DNA from: an uncultured Desulfobacterales bacterium
GTDB taxonomy: Bacteria > Desulfobacterota > Dissulfuribacteria > Dissulfuribacterales > QOAL01
DNA length: 64,000 nt
Assembly: GCA_964638145.1 (NCBI GenBank)
Contig: CAZXAK010000041.1
Location: forward strand, 6,886 to 70,885
Reading direction: 5' to 3'
Positions 30,261 through 39,923 of the stretch are shown one piece after another (positions within the stretch are counted from its first letter, which is position 1; every line of letters starts with the position of its first letter). The position numbers and the translations under genes were made by a program. Under the pieces are notes generated by a model. The model worked only from the letters and a program-made list of their open reading frames with translations. It was not told the origin of the DNA and searched no databases.

Positions 30261-31454
30261 ATGAGTGACCAGAACACCGCTGTGGCAGCAAAGATGATGG
30301 AGTTCATGGAGCGTGCTTCATGGATAAGGAAGATGTTTGAACAGGGTGCAGCCCTGAAGGCAAAGTATGGCGCGGACAGGGTGTGTGATTTCAGCCTTGG
30401 AAATCCGGATCTCGTACCGCCTGAGACCTTTCAGGACGCGCTTGAGAAGATAGCCTCTGACAGATCACCAGGTGCCCACGCGTACATGCCAAACGCCGGA
30501 TATCCAAAGGTAAGGGAAGAGGTGGCAAGGCACGTGGAGAGGGATCATGGCGTCACACCGCTTACTGACGGAATCATAATGACAGTAGGGGCTGCAGGCG
30601 GGCTGAATATCATCTTCAAGGCCCTGCTCAATCCTGGAGATGAGGTCATCGTGCCAAAGCCCTACTTCGTGGAGTACGGTTTTTACGTGGACAATCATGG
30701 AGGCAGGCTGGTAGCCGTTGATTCGAATCCTGATTTCTCACTCAACCTCGACAATATCGAGGCAGCCATAACCCCTGCGACCAGGGCGGTGCTGCTGAAC
30801 TCGCCAAACAATCCCTCCGGGGCTGTATACAGTGAACAGGAGTTGAAGGCACTGGCAGGGCTTCTCTCAGATGCTGAAGACCGGGTGGGGCATCCAATCT
30901 TTCTTGTGTCTGATGAGCCATACAGGCGGCTTGTTTTTGACAACATGGTGGTGCCTCCAATACTCAAGATATTCAGAAACGGTATTGTAACCACCTCGTT
31001 TTCAAAAGACCTTTCCATTCCTGGCGAACGCATCGGATATGTGGCAGTACATCCTGAGGCAGATGGCGGCCCTGCCCTTCTCGGTGCCCTCACCCTTGCC
31101 AACAGGATCCTCGGTTTTGTTAATGCGCCGGCACTCATGCAAAAGGTAGTGGCCGAGTCCATTGACAGTGTGGTTGACGTGAGTATCTATCAACGCAGGC
31201 GGGACCGCCTCGCTGAGATACTGAAGGATGCGGGTCTGGAGTTTGAGATGCCCAAGGGGGCGTTCTATTTTTTCCCCAGGACCCCTATTGAGGATGATGC
31301 AAAGTTTGCCGCAATCCTGCAGGAACAGTTGATACTTACTGTGCCTGGCCGGGGATTTGGCTGCCCAGGCCATATAAGGATCGCGTTCTGTGTGCAAGAT
31401 GAAGTTATAGAGCGGTCGGCTGAGGGATTCCGAAAGGCAATGGCATCGCTGTAA
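30261..31454 (+). CDS. Class I PLP-dependent aminotransferase (aspartate aminotransferase family)
   Basis: SWIRKMFE, DFSLGNPD, NSPNNPSG, SDEPY, SFSKDLSIPGERIGY; start moved to ATG 30261. Confidence 0.93.
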   Translation: MSDQNTAVAAKMMEFMERASWIRKMFEQGAALKAKYGADRVCDFSLGNPDLVPPETFQDALEKIASDRSPGAHAYMPNAGYPKVREEVARHVERDHGVTPLTDGIIMTVGAAGGLNIIFKALLNPGDEVIVPKPYFVEYGFYVDNHGGRLVAVDSNPDFSLNLDNIEAAITPATRAVLLNSPNNPSGAVYSEQELKALAGLLSDAEDRVGHPIFLVSDEPYRRLVFDNMVVPPILKIFRNGIVTTSFSKDLSIPGERIGYVAVHPEADGGPALLGALTLANRILGFVNAPALMQKVVAESIDSVVDVSIYQRRRDRLAEILKDAGLEFEMPKGAFYFFPRTPIEDDAKFAAILQEQLILTVPGRGFGCPGHIRIAFCVQDEVIERSAEGFRKAMASL

Positions 31455-31642
31455 CGGGACCTGCATTGCAGGTACGAAAATGATCACAGGGTGCATGGCC
31501 AGTATGGTGCCCCTGTTTTTTTCCCGTGAAAATAGGGGCCGTGGCCGAAGATTTTCAGGGCTGGGGGATACCAACGGTGTAGCGGTGTAACATGAAAGTT
31601 TAGGTGGGGGCCTGCCCTGTGTGGGAGAGTCATCCCAGGTGA

Positions 31643-33109
31643 TCAGTATTTTTTTCTGAAGACCGCGGCAAAAAAGCCGTCAGGTCCCTTTGGTTCAGGC
31701 AGGATGCGCAGGAATCCCTGGTCAGCTACGTACTTATGGCTGATATGCGGTAAGAGATGGTCTGCTCGCACCAGTTCCCATGAACCTGTTCCAAATTCGA
31801 AAAATTTTTCCACTACGCCGGTACCCTCTTCCCGTTCTGTGGTACATACTGCATAGACCAGGGTGCCCCCTGGTCTTAGCAGAGGCGCAGTGTCCGCAAG
31901 TATCTTGAGTTGCGTCTCCGAGAGCCTGCGACTGTCTTCAGGGGTCCTGTTCCACTTTATGTCAGGGTGTCTCCTTATGACGCCGAGTCCTGTACACGGG
32001 GCATCCACCATGATTCTGTCATAGATAGGGGCGGAGGAGGCCTTTTTTGCATTGAAGTCCGTGTGCCCCAATATGTTGATGCTTTCAAGTTGCAGTCTGG
32101 AGATATTTTCCGCAAGGAGCTTCAGCCTCTTTTTGCTGGTGTCATATGCGTCGATGCGGGCCTTGTCGCCTGTTATTTCGGCAATGTGGGTGGTCTTTCC
32201 CCCAAGGCCTGCACACACATCGAGTATCCTGTCTCCTGGTGCAGGGGTGAGCAGCAGGGAGATTAGTTGGGCCGATACATCCTGCACCTGAAAATATCCC
32301 TTTTCAAAGCCTGGAATTGATACTGGATTGCCTCTGAAGTCAGGAAGTATCAGGCCGTCAAAGGAGAGGGTTGAGGCCACTGCGTGTATGCCTGCCATGG
32401 CCAACTGCTCAATGGCCTTTTTTCGCGAAATTCGCAGACGGTTCACCCTGAGTGTTACAGGCGGTTGCTGATTCCCTGCCATGCAGATCTGTTCTGCTGT
32501 GTCCATGCCAAACTGCTGGCCCCACCTTTTGACCATCCAGGTAGGGAAGGAGTGGATGAGGGCAAGGCGTTCTGCCGCATCCCTGCCCTGCCTGGCCGCA
32601 TCATGAATCAGTGCCTTGCTGCCTATGCTGTCGATGTCGCGCAGAATCTGACGCAGCACCGCGTTGGTAAGGCCTGAGGCCCATGCCGCACCGCAGGTGC
32701 GACACGCCTTCACTGCCTCGTCCACAGCGGCAAAGGCCGGTATCCTGTCCAGAAAGAGTATCTGGTAAAGGGCTGTGATAATTATGGCCTTTACTATGGC
32801 AGGGAGCTTCGCGGGCTTTTTTAGCCTGTCATACGTAATGGTGGTAAGGAGCCGCAGGTGGCGGACGCAGCCTGTGACAACTTCCCCAAGCAGTGCCCTG
32901 TCCTCAGGGGAATCTGCCGGTATGCGGGTTGCCGCATCCTGTATCAGGACGTTCAGCGGAGGCCGATCTGACGTATTGGTCTCCTGCCATCTGGACAGGA
33001 GTCTTGCCGCAAGAGTACGGGCATTTGTTCCTGGCGTGGGTTTTGGTGATGTGCCAGCCGCCCTTGGGGAGAGCTTTCGGCCCTTTTTCCTACTCAAACC
33101 TCTCCCCAA
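31643..33109 (-). CDS. rsmB: 16S rRNA m5C967 methyltransferase (NusB-like + SAM domain)
   Basis: AAVDEAV, QVQDVSAQ, LDVCAGLGGKT, DAPCTGLG, YAVCT, DGFF. Confidence 0.95.
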   Translation of the reverse strand: MGRGLSRKKGRKLSPRAAGTSPKPTPGTNARTLAARLLSRWQETNTSDRPPLNVLIQDAATRIPADSPEDRALLGEVVTGCVRHLRLLTTITYDRLKKPAKLPAIVKAIIITALYQILFLDRIPAFAAVDEAVKACRTCGAAWASGLTNAVLRQILRDIDSIGSKALIHDAARQGRDAAERLALIHSFPTWMVKRWGQQFGMDTAEQICMAGNQQPPVTLRVNRLRISRKKAIEQLAMAGIHAVASTLSFDGLILPDFRGNPVSIPGFEKGYFQVQDVSAQLISLLLTPAPGDRILDVCAGLGGKTTHIAEITGDKARIDAYDTSKKRLKLLAENISRLQLESINILGHTDFNAKKASSAPIYDRIMVDAPCTGLGVIRRHPDIKWNRTPEDSRRLSETQLKILADTAPLLRPGGTLVYAVCTTEREEGTGVVEKFFEFGTGSWELVRADHLLPHISHKYVADQGFLRILPEPKGPDGFFAAVFRKKY

Positions 33110-34040
33110 CCTTTATGGGACGTCCCCTGAGAAATTCGGCGCAAGCAAGCCGTTTCTTGCCAGGCCACTGGAGTTCCTTCAGGGCAAGGCACTGTTCCCC
33201 GGTGGTAACTACTATACGGTCTTTCTCCACCTTGCAGATTGTTCCCGGTTGGGCATTGCCAGCGGGTATGTCCGTCATTGCAGGGCTGTATAGCCTGAGT
33301 CTCTGGCCTTTCCACATGGTATAGGCGCCAGGTGTTGGGTCCATTGCCCTGACTATGCGGTGGATCTGCTGTGCAGGCATCTTCCAGTCCACCCTTGCCA
33401 TCTCCTTCTTTATGGGCGGGGCCATTGTGACGCCCTCTTCAGGCTGGCTGATGGCCTCTAATTTACCCTCTGAGAGCAGGTCAAGGGCCTGGATGATCAT
33501 TTTTGCACCGAGATCGGCCATTCGTCGGTACAGGTTTCCAAAGGTTTCGTCCGGTCCGATATCAATGGCCTCCTGGAGCAGCATGGGGCCGGTATCCATG
33601 CCAGCGTCCATCTTCATGATGGTGATGCCTGTACGGGAAAGGCCATTGATTATGGCCCACTGTATTGGGGCTGCCCCCCTGAGGGCCGGCAGCAGGGACC
33701 CGTGGATGTTGATAGGCATGATGGACGGGATGTCGAGCAGTGACTGGGGAAGTATCTGGCCAAAGGCCGCCACCACCAGGAGGTCAGGGGCCATTTCTCT
33801 GATGGTATGGAGGAATTCAGGCTCCCTTACCTTTTCAGGCTGCAGGACCTTGAGCCCTGCCTCTTGGGCAGCGGTCTTTACCGGGGTAGGCGTGACCTTT
33901 CTGCCCCTGCCCTTTCGGCGGTCAGGTTGACTGACCACGGCACATATCTCATGCCGGCTGTCTGCAAGGGCATTGAGCGCCGGGACCGCGAATTCCGGGG
34001 TGCCCATGAAGACTATCCTGTAGTTCTTTTGTGATGTCAT
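33090..34040 (-). CDS. fmt: Methionyl-tRNA formyltransferase
   Basis: RIVFMGTPEFA, SQPDRRKGRG, NIHGSLLP, MDAGMDTG; start either 34040 or 34085. Confidence 0.97.
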   Translation of the reverse strand: MTSQKNYRIVFMGTPEFAVPALNALADSRHEICAVVSQPDRRKGRGRKVTPTPVKTAAQEAGLKVLQPEKVREPEFLHTIREMAPDLLVVAAFGQILPQSLLDIPSIMPINIHGSLLPALRGAAPIQWAIINGLSRTGITIMKMDAGMDTGPMLLQEAIDIGPDETFGNLYRRMADLGAKMIIQALDLLSEGKLEAISQPEEGVTMAPPIKKEMARVDWKMPAQQIHRIVRAMDPTPGAYTMWKGQRLRLYSPAMTDIPAGNAQPGTICKVEKDRIVVTTGEQCLALKELQWPGKKRLACAEFLRGRPIKVGERFE

Positions 34041-34124
34041 GCCCAACCTCCTGCGCCTCGGTTTTCTGCTCATCTTGAATGGCATCTATATACCGGATGG
34101 CCTTGACCCGGAACGATATTTTTC

Positions 34125-34241
34125 CCTGAATTGAGCGTTTCAAATCATGTGAAATCTTGTTTTGTCTTTAATTACAGTAAACTAATGCTGTTTTTTGTAA
34201 AATTGCCCGTCACCCAACGGGTGGGAATCGCTCAATTCAGG
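34125..34241. mobile_element. 117-bp MITE-like element (end A + module Y + end B) between def and fmt
   Basis: Perfect 13-bp terminal inverted repeats CCTGAATTGAGCG (34125-34137) and CGCTCAATTCAGG (34229-34241); 78/90 identity to the reverse complement of 39780-39869. Mobility is inferred. Confidence 0.75.
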
Positions 34242-34259
34242 TTTTTATTTCGGTACGGA

Positions 34260-34787
34260 CTATTTGCCGGATTCCGCCTTTTTCTGAAGTGCTGCGGCAC
34301 GCAGTTTGGCCCATTTTTTCCTGAACAGCGCCTTCTTTACCGGCCCCAGTCTGTCCACAAAACAGATGCCGTTGAGGTGATCTATCTCGTGTTGCAGGCA
34401 ACGGGCCACAATGCCGTTGCTCTCTATGACCAACTCCTTTCCGTTACGGTCAAAGCCCTTGACCTCCACCTTTGCGGCACGTTTTACATGGGCGTTGAAG
34501 TCTGGCACACTGAGGCAGCCCTCTTCTGCACTTTCCACACCTTCACTGGCTGTGATTATGGGGTTTATCAGTACTACTGGCGTGCGTGGGACCCCTTCGG
34601 CCTGGTTGCAGTCCATGACAAGGAGCTGCTTCAGTGCCCCGACCTGGTTTGCAGCAAGGCCAATACCCTTGGCCCGGTACATCATGGCTATCATGTCATC
34701 GATAAAGCGCTGAAGCTCGCCATCGATTTGTTCAACAGGACTGGCCTCAGTTCGTAAAATTTCATGGGGATAGATTAAAATTTCCAT
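34260..34787 (-). CDS. def: Peptide deformylase
   Basis: GIGLAANQVG, EEGCLS, QHEIDHLNG. Confidence 0.98.
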   Translation of the reverse strand: MEILIYPHEILRTEASPVEQIDGELQRFIDDMIAMMYRAKGIGLAANQVGALKQLLVMDCNQAEGVPRTPVVLINPIITASEGVESAEEGCLSVPDFNAHVKRAAKVEVKGFDRNGKELVIESNGIVARCLQHEIDHLNGICFVDRLGPVKKALFRKKWAKLRAAALQKKAESGK

Positions 34788-34883
34788 ATCGGGGATAATA
34801 AAGTTTTAATTGGTTCCAGGCAAGCATATTTATGGCAGTGCCTGCACAGTGCATTTTGGTACCAGATTCACTATGATTGTTCC

Positions 34884-35576
34884 ATGCAATGCGAAAGGAT
34901 CCGAACAGATATCTGTGCTTCAGCAGCACAGGATTACAGGTATCTGCTCTCAAGGGCATATCCGGCAAAGTCGGCACTGGAGTTCGTGGGTAATCACTTC
35001 CAGTTGAGGCGTGAAGAACGGGACTTTCTCTTTCGCGCCGTGTGTTCACCCGAAAGGGCCCTGGAGCGCAGGGCAAAGGCCGTCTCCGTAGAGGATCTGA
35101 GGGGAAGCAGGTTGATAGTGGATGGCTATAACTGTTTTATAACCCTTGAAAGTGCGCTCAGGGGCAGAAGCCTCATAATCGGGGATGACGGTTTTGTGCG
35201 GGACGTTGCCCGTGTCTTCAGGAAATTCCGCCCTACCGAGTACACGAGACAGGCCTACAGGTTGATGGAATCCCTGTTATCCTGCTATCCGCCTGACGAT
35301 ACCATTATCTTCCTCGATGCCAAGATGTCTGCGAGTGGTGAGCTTGCCTGCCGGGTCAACAGGTGGGGGACAGGGGGACAAATGCACATTAGGTGCATCA
35401 CTGTGCGGTGCGCTGAAAAAAGGCTTGCCGCCCTAAAGGGAATCAAGGCCAGTGCCGATTCAGTGATTATAGACGGCGCTGACAGGGTGTTCGATCTGGC
35501 CGGATACATAATCATCAACAGGCTCAGGTCTGCTCCTTTGAGACTGCCGGTTGACGAAAGGCACGGGGTCTCATAA
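34884..35576 (+). CDS. DUF434 domain protein
   Basis: DYRYLLSRAYP..ALEFVGNHFQL, IVDGYNCFITLES, GDDGFVRD, SADSVIID. Confidence 0.8.
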   Translation: MQCERIRTDICASAAQDYRYLLSRAYPAKSALEFVGNHFQLRREERDFLFRAVCSPERALERRAKAVSVEDLRGSRLIVDGYNCFITLESALRGRSLIIGDDGFVRDVARVFRKFRPTEYTRQAYRLMESLLSCYPPDDTIIFLDAKMSASGELACRVNRWGTGGQMHIRCITVRCAEKRLAALKGIKASADSVIIDGADRVFDLAGYIIINRLRSAPLRLPVDERHGVS

Positions 35577-35587
35577 ATTCATGGGCT

Positions 35588-36301
35588 ATGAGACGTCTTA
35601 TCACATCCATAGTCTTTCCGTTCGTGTTTCCGTTGTCCTTTCTCTGTTTCGGACTTGTTGCCGTTGTGGCCGCAAGGATCAGGGGGTCAAGCTCTGTTGC
35701 CCATACCATTGCGCAGGCCTGGGCAAGGACCGTGTTTGCCATTCTTGGCATAAGGATAGAGACGGCCGGGCTTGAAAACGTCCCTGTGGACAGGCCGGTG
35801 ATATTTGCCTGCAATCACGCAAGTCAGATGGACATACTGGCCCTTTACCTGGCCCTTCCTGTGGAGTTCAGGTTTGTGGTAAAGGAAGAGCTCTTCAGGA
35901 TACCTGTGCTGGGGCTTGCCATGCGTACTGCCGGATATGTACCAATCAACCGTTCTGGCGGGAAGGCGGCCATAAAGAGCCTCCGTGAAGCGGCGGCACG
36001 TATTCGGGAAGGTACCTCAGTGGTAATATTTCCTGAGGGGACCCGGAGCCCTGACGGAAGTCTGGCAAGTTTCAAACCGGGCGGGTTTCTGCTTGCCTCC
36101 AAGTCAGGGTGTCCCATTGTGCCTGTAGCCATCAGGGGAAGTCACAAGGTACTTCCAAAGGGGAGCGCTGTCTGTCGTCCCGGAACCATAACCGTAATGA
36201 CAGGAGAGCCCATCCTCACTGTAAGAGAGGGCAGACCGGTCAAACGGGATATACTTATGAAGGAGACATGGCAGGCTGTAAGTGCCATGCTGAATGCCTG
36301 A
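35588..36301 (+). CDS. plsC: 1-acyl-sn-glycerol-3-phosphate acyltransferase
   Basis: NHASQMD (HX4D), FVVKEEL, IFPEGTRS, PIVPVAI. Confidence 0.93.
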   Translation: MRRLITSIVFPFVFPLSFLCFGLVAVVAARIRGSSSVAHTIAQAWARTVFAILGIRIETAGLENVPVDRPVIFACNHASQMDILALYLALPVEFRFVVKEELFRIPVLGLAMRTAGYVPINRSGGKAAIKSLREAAARIREGTSVVIFPEGTRSPDGSLASFKPGGFLLASKSGCPIVPVAIRGSHKVLPKGSAVCRPGTITVMTGEPILTVREGRPVKRDILMKETWQAVSAMLNA

Positions 36302-36373
36302 AACGGCAGGAGCGCCTGAAATCACAGGCATGAATGTCCTGCAGTTGGCAAGGCCAGCAGGAGGTAATACCTA

Positions 36374-36835
36374 ATGGATGCTCGGATCATCAATCCCTTT
36401 CTCGAGGCCGCAATCAACGTACTTAAAACCATGGCAATGATAGAGGCAACACCTGGGAAGCCCTATCTGAAGAAGGAGAGCAGGGCCATGGGAGACGTGT
36501 CTGGAATCATCGGGATTACAGGGGCTGCTCAGGGTTCAATGTCCATATCCTTTGAAAAGGATTGTATATGTGCTGTAGTAGCCAATCTTTTTGGGACACC
36601 TGTGGATGAGATTACCGAAGAGGTTAAGGATGCTGTGGGTGAGATGACCAACATGATATGCGGTGATGCCAGGAGGAGGCTTGAGGCAGATGGTATAAGT
36701 CTTCAGGCAGGTACCCCTACTGTGGTTGCAGGCCACGACCACTCTATCACCCATATCCATACCGGCCCGTGCCTTGCCATGCCCTTTGAGACCGACAAGG
36801 GTGGATTTACTGTGGAGGTCGCCTTCAACGACTGA
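36374..36835 (+). CDS. cheX: Chemotaxis phosphatase CheX family
   Basis: INPFLEAAINVL, DVSGIIGITG, DAVGEMTNMICG, TPTVV; GGAGG SD. Confidence 0.92.
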   Translation: MDARIINPFLEAAINVLKTMAMIEATPGKPYLKKESRAMGDVSGIIGITGAAQGSMSISFEKDCICAVVANLFGTPVDEITEEVKDAVGEMTNMICGDARRRLEADGISLQAGTPTVVAGHDHSITHIHTGPCLAMPFETDKGGFTVEVAFND

Positions 36836-36912
36836 TCTGCTTCGCCACGCCTCCCTTGTATATCAGTACATATCCGGTGTCCTGTCGTGCTGATGTGCAC
36901 ACCGAGTTTTTT

Positions 36913-37701
36913 TTACAGTGCAGCATGGAGGCCCATGAGGAAGTATATCTCCTTTCGCAGCGTGGCGAGTTCTCCTTTGGCAAGGTCGCGGGGGTGGGGA
37001 TGGTCCAGTTTGATGTCGGCCTTAACGTGTGAGGGGCGTTCGGACATGACTATGATCTGGTCTCCGAGCTGGAGGGCCTCGTCTATATCGTGGGTAATGA
37101 ACAGTATGGTTGAGTCGAACATGGAGTGGACATTCAGCATCTCCTCCCGCATCTGGAGCCTGGTAACAAAGTCAAGGGCCCCGAACGGCTCGTCCATGTA
37201 GAGAATGTCAGGGTTGGTTATCAGTGCCCTTGCCACCTCTGCACGTCTTCTCATGCCGCCTGACAGCTCATGCGGGTAGTGGTCTTCAAATCCCTTCAGT
37301 CCTACCATCTCTATATAGTCCTGTTCCAGAGATGTCCGTTCTTCCGGATCTTTTATGTGTCTGGTTCCAAGGGCAACATTCTGCCTTGCAGTGAGCCAGG
37401 GCAGGAGGCCATCCTCCTGAAAGACGAATATGTGTCTTGAACTAGGGGAGGAAACCTCCTTTCCGTCAATGATCACTCTGCCCTTGTCCGGCCTGTCAAA
37501 TCCTGCAATTATCTGGAGTAGCGTGGATTTGCCGCACCCTGACGGACCGAGAAAGCAGGTGAAGCTTCCTGCCTCCACTGTGAAGTCAATCCCTGCGAGT
37601 ACCTCGCATTTTTCGTGGAAGTTGCAACTATCGGGAGACCTTGCCTTCATGCGGCGTTCCACATAGCTCTTGGTCAGGTTTCGTACCTCAACCTTGTTCA
37701 T
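36913..37701 (-). CDS. NitT/TauT family ABC transporter ATP-binding protein
   Basis: GPSGCGKSTLL, FQEDGLLPWL, LSGGMRRR, MDEPFGALD, FITHDIDEA; start ATG 37701 coupled to the permease stop. Confidence 0.95.
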   Translation of the reverse strand: MNKVEVRNLTKSYVERRMKARSPDSCNFHEKCEVLAGIDFTVEAGSFTCFLGPSGCGKSTLLQIIAGFDRPDKGRVIIDGKEVSSPSSRHIFVFQEDGLLPWLTARQNVALGTRHIKDPEERTSLEQDYIEMVGLKGFEDHYPHELSGGMRRRAEVARALITNPDILYMDEPFGALDFVTRLQMREEMLNVHSMFDSTILFITHDIDEALQLGDQIIVMSERPSHVKADIKLDHPHPRDLAKGELATLRKEIYFLMGLHAAL

Positions 37702-38456
37702 CGCCTCCTCCTGCTCCACTGGACATACGGGATGTTTTCAAGCTGCCTGATGAGCCAGTCGAGACACAGGCCAATGATTCCTATGACGATCATGCCGGCG
37801 ATTACCCTGTCCATGCGCAGTGCGTTGCGGGCGTCAACAATGAGGTATCCCAGGCCTGACTTCACAGCGATCATCTCTGCTGCCACGATCACGAGCCATG
37901 CCGTGCCCAGGGTTATGCGCAGGCCCACCACTATCTCAGGCATGGAGGCTGGCAGTATCACCTTGAGGTATCTTTTGATACCTGTGAGTCCAAAGTTGTC
38001 TGCAACCCTCAGGTAGGTGCGCCGTACGCCCTGCACCCCGCTCATGGTAAAGACCACCATAGGAAAGAATGAGGACAGGAATATCAGAAATATGGCAGGA
38101 CGGTCGCCTATACCAAACCAGATCAGGGCAACAGGTATCCATGCAAGTGGGGATATGGGGCGCAGGAACTGAATCAGCGGATTGAAGACCTTTCGCGCTC
38201 CTGCCCAGCTTCCGAGCAGCAGGCCGAACGGCACGGCCACCAACACGGCAAGGTAATAACCCCATGTTACCCGGAAAAGACTGGCTACCACATGGTCAAT
38301 CAGCTCCCCTGAGGCCCCCATTTCATACAGGGCTACCCCTACCTCACCCGGCCCTGGAAACTTGAATGGAGAGACATGGAAGAATTTTACAGTCAGCTCC
38401 CAGATGGAGATTATTATCACAAATGAAATTATGGAGTCCGTGCGCCTTACTGCCAT
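37698..38456 (-). CDS. NitT/TauT family ABC transporter permease
   Basis: SLFRVTWGY, LRPISPLAWIP, ILPASMPEIVVGLRI, AAEMIA..SGLGYLI. Confidence 0.95.
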   Translation of the reverse strand: MAVRRTDSIISFVIIISIWELTVKFFHVSPFKFPGPGEVGVALYEMGASGELIDHVVASLFRVTWGYYLAVLVAVPFGLLLGSWAGARKVFNPLIQFLRPISPLAWIPVALIWFGIGDRPAIFLIFLSSFFPMVVFTMSGVQGVRRTYLRVADNFGLTGIKRYLKVILPASMPEIVVGLRITLGTAWLVIVAAEMIAVKSGLGYLIVDARNALRMDRVIAGMIVIGIIGLCLDWLIRQLENIPYVQWSRRRR

Positions 38457-39577
38457 GACAGATCAATCATCTCCTTGCCTGACGGGGCATGGGGTAGGAG
38501 GCCCCAGTGTATCATTTCATTGGCAATGGCACTGATCTCTGCCGGGTCAGGGACAAGATTTCTGTAAGACACCCTGTCTTTGGGTGAGGTAAGTACGTAG
38601 TCTATGAGGCCCTCTGGCAGGCCATAGGCAGCAGCCCCTGTCTTTGCTGCGAGGTGGCGGTGGGCCTCGATCCATCGTGCGCTTGCAAAAAATTCCCTGA
38701 TCAGTCTTCGTATGCGTTTACGGGACTTGCGCATGGCGGCCTCTCTTACTATTACCACGCTGGAGATGAAGCCCGGTGCCACATCCTTCATCTGTGCCAG
38801 TACCCTGCCTGTGCCAGAAAGTTCAGCCTGTGCCGCATAGGGTTCTCCTACAATGTAGGCGTCAATACCGCCAGAATCCAGGGCCGAGGGCATGTCTGGC
38901 GGGGGAATCTCCAGTATGTCCATGGTGTTGATATCCACGCCTGCCTGTGTACAAAGCTTTAGAAGTTCCAGATTCTGGGTGCTGAAGCGTATGGGTATTC
39001 CAACCCTCCTGCCTTCAAGCTGGGATATGGTACGGATGCCTGACCTGTTGCTTACCACAAGTGCAGTGCCATCCCTGTGGCCAAGAAGTACGATCTTGAT
39101 CCTAACCCCCTGTTCCCGAAGGGCAATGGCAATGGGGGCAAGGATAAATGCAATGTCGATCTCTCCACCCCTGACAGCATCTATCATGTCCGGCCAGGAG
39201 GAGAACTTTATGGTACGGAATTCCTGGTCGCTTCCCTTAAGCCTTGCCGCTGTTACAGGACAGATGAGGTGACAGGTGATGGGCAGAAATCCCACCCTCA
39301 GCATGGTATCCCTGCTCTCTGGATTGACCGGGCTGGCCCGAAAGGTATGCACAACGGTGATAAGTACAAGCCATGTAATGGCAAGTAGCACTGCCTTTAT
39401 GCCAGGTCCCATGGATTTTAGTTGGGAAAAGGGTTTCATAATAGAGGAATCGGCAAAGATGGAATGTGACTTGAGGTGTTGCAGCGGCAGTAGAGATGCA
39501 CTGGGCCTGTCTATGATATCCTGCCACTGGATACCTGCACTATACGGCAGATGGTGCCTTGCTAATTGTTTTTCCAT
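38447..39577 (-). CDS. NitT/TauT (CmpA/NrtA-like) ABC substrate-binding protein
   Basis: LRVGFLPITCHL, FSSWPDM, GHRDGTALVV, GIPIRFSTQNL, DAYIVGEPY; true start probably near 39439. Confidence 0.85.
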   Translation of the reverse strand: MEKQLARHHLPYSAGIQWQDIIDRPSASLLPLQHLKSHSIFADSSIMKPFSQLKSMGPGIKAVLLAITWLVLITVVHTFRASPVNPESRDTMLRVGFLPITCHLICPVTAARLKGSDQEFRTIKFSSWPDMIDAVRGGEIDIAFILAPIAIALREQGVRIKIVLLGHRDGTALVVSNRSGIRTISQLEGRRVGIPIRFSTQNLELLKLCTQAGVDINTMDILEIPPPDMPSALDSGGIDAYIVGEPYAAQAELSGTGRVLAQMKDVAPGFISSVVIVREAAMRKSRKRIRRLIREFFASARWIEAHRHLAAKTGAAAYGLPEGLIDYVLTSPKDRVSYRNLVPDPAEISAIANEMIHWGLLPHAPSGKEMIDLSWQ

Positions 39578-39779
39578 TTCAGGTGTACTGTAGTATGGCT
39601 ATGGGATAAAGAACGTATCTGCATGTTTACTGTTGCGCTGTTACAGATTATGATAAGGATTTTAGCGTGTTCATGCTGCAGGCGTTTGTTGGGCCCGGCC
39701 CCGCACGGATTTGCCATAGACAAGGGCGGGGTGGGCGGTCCCAGGGCTACCGATCTGCTGTGTAGGTCGGAGTCTTTGC

Positions 39780-39869
39780 TGGGAGACGGGCAATTTTACA
39801 AAACAGCATTAATCCTCTGTAATTACAGATAAGATAAAGTTTCACATGATTTGAAACACTCAATTCAGG
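39780..39869. repeat. Repeat copy (module Y + end A, reverse orientation, end B absent) upstream of hom
   Basis: Reverse complement aligns to 34125-34216 at 78/90 positions plus a 2-nt indel (hand count). Confidence 0.85.
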
Positions 39870-39923
39870 TCAAGGTGATTGCTGCACAGGAAGATCAAGG
39901 AAAACAGATTCAGGATTTGAGAT

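Noticed and set aside
36834-36870. Possible further degenerate X copy after cheX (GATCTGCTTCG...CAGTAC)
   Set aside because: Only an 11-nt exact match with weak continuation; such a match could arise by chance given the length of the element. An nhmmer search would settle it.
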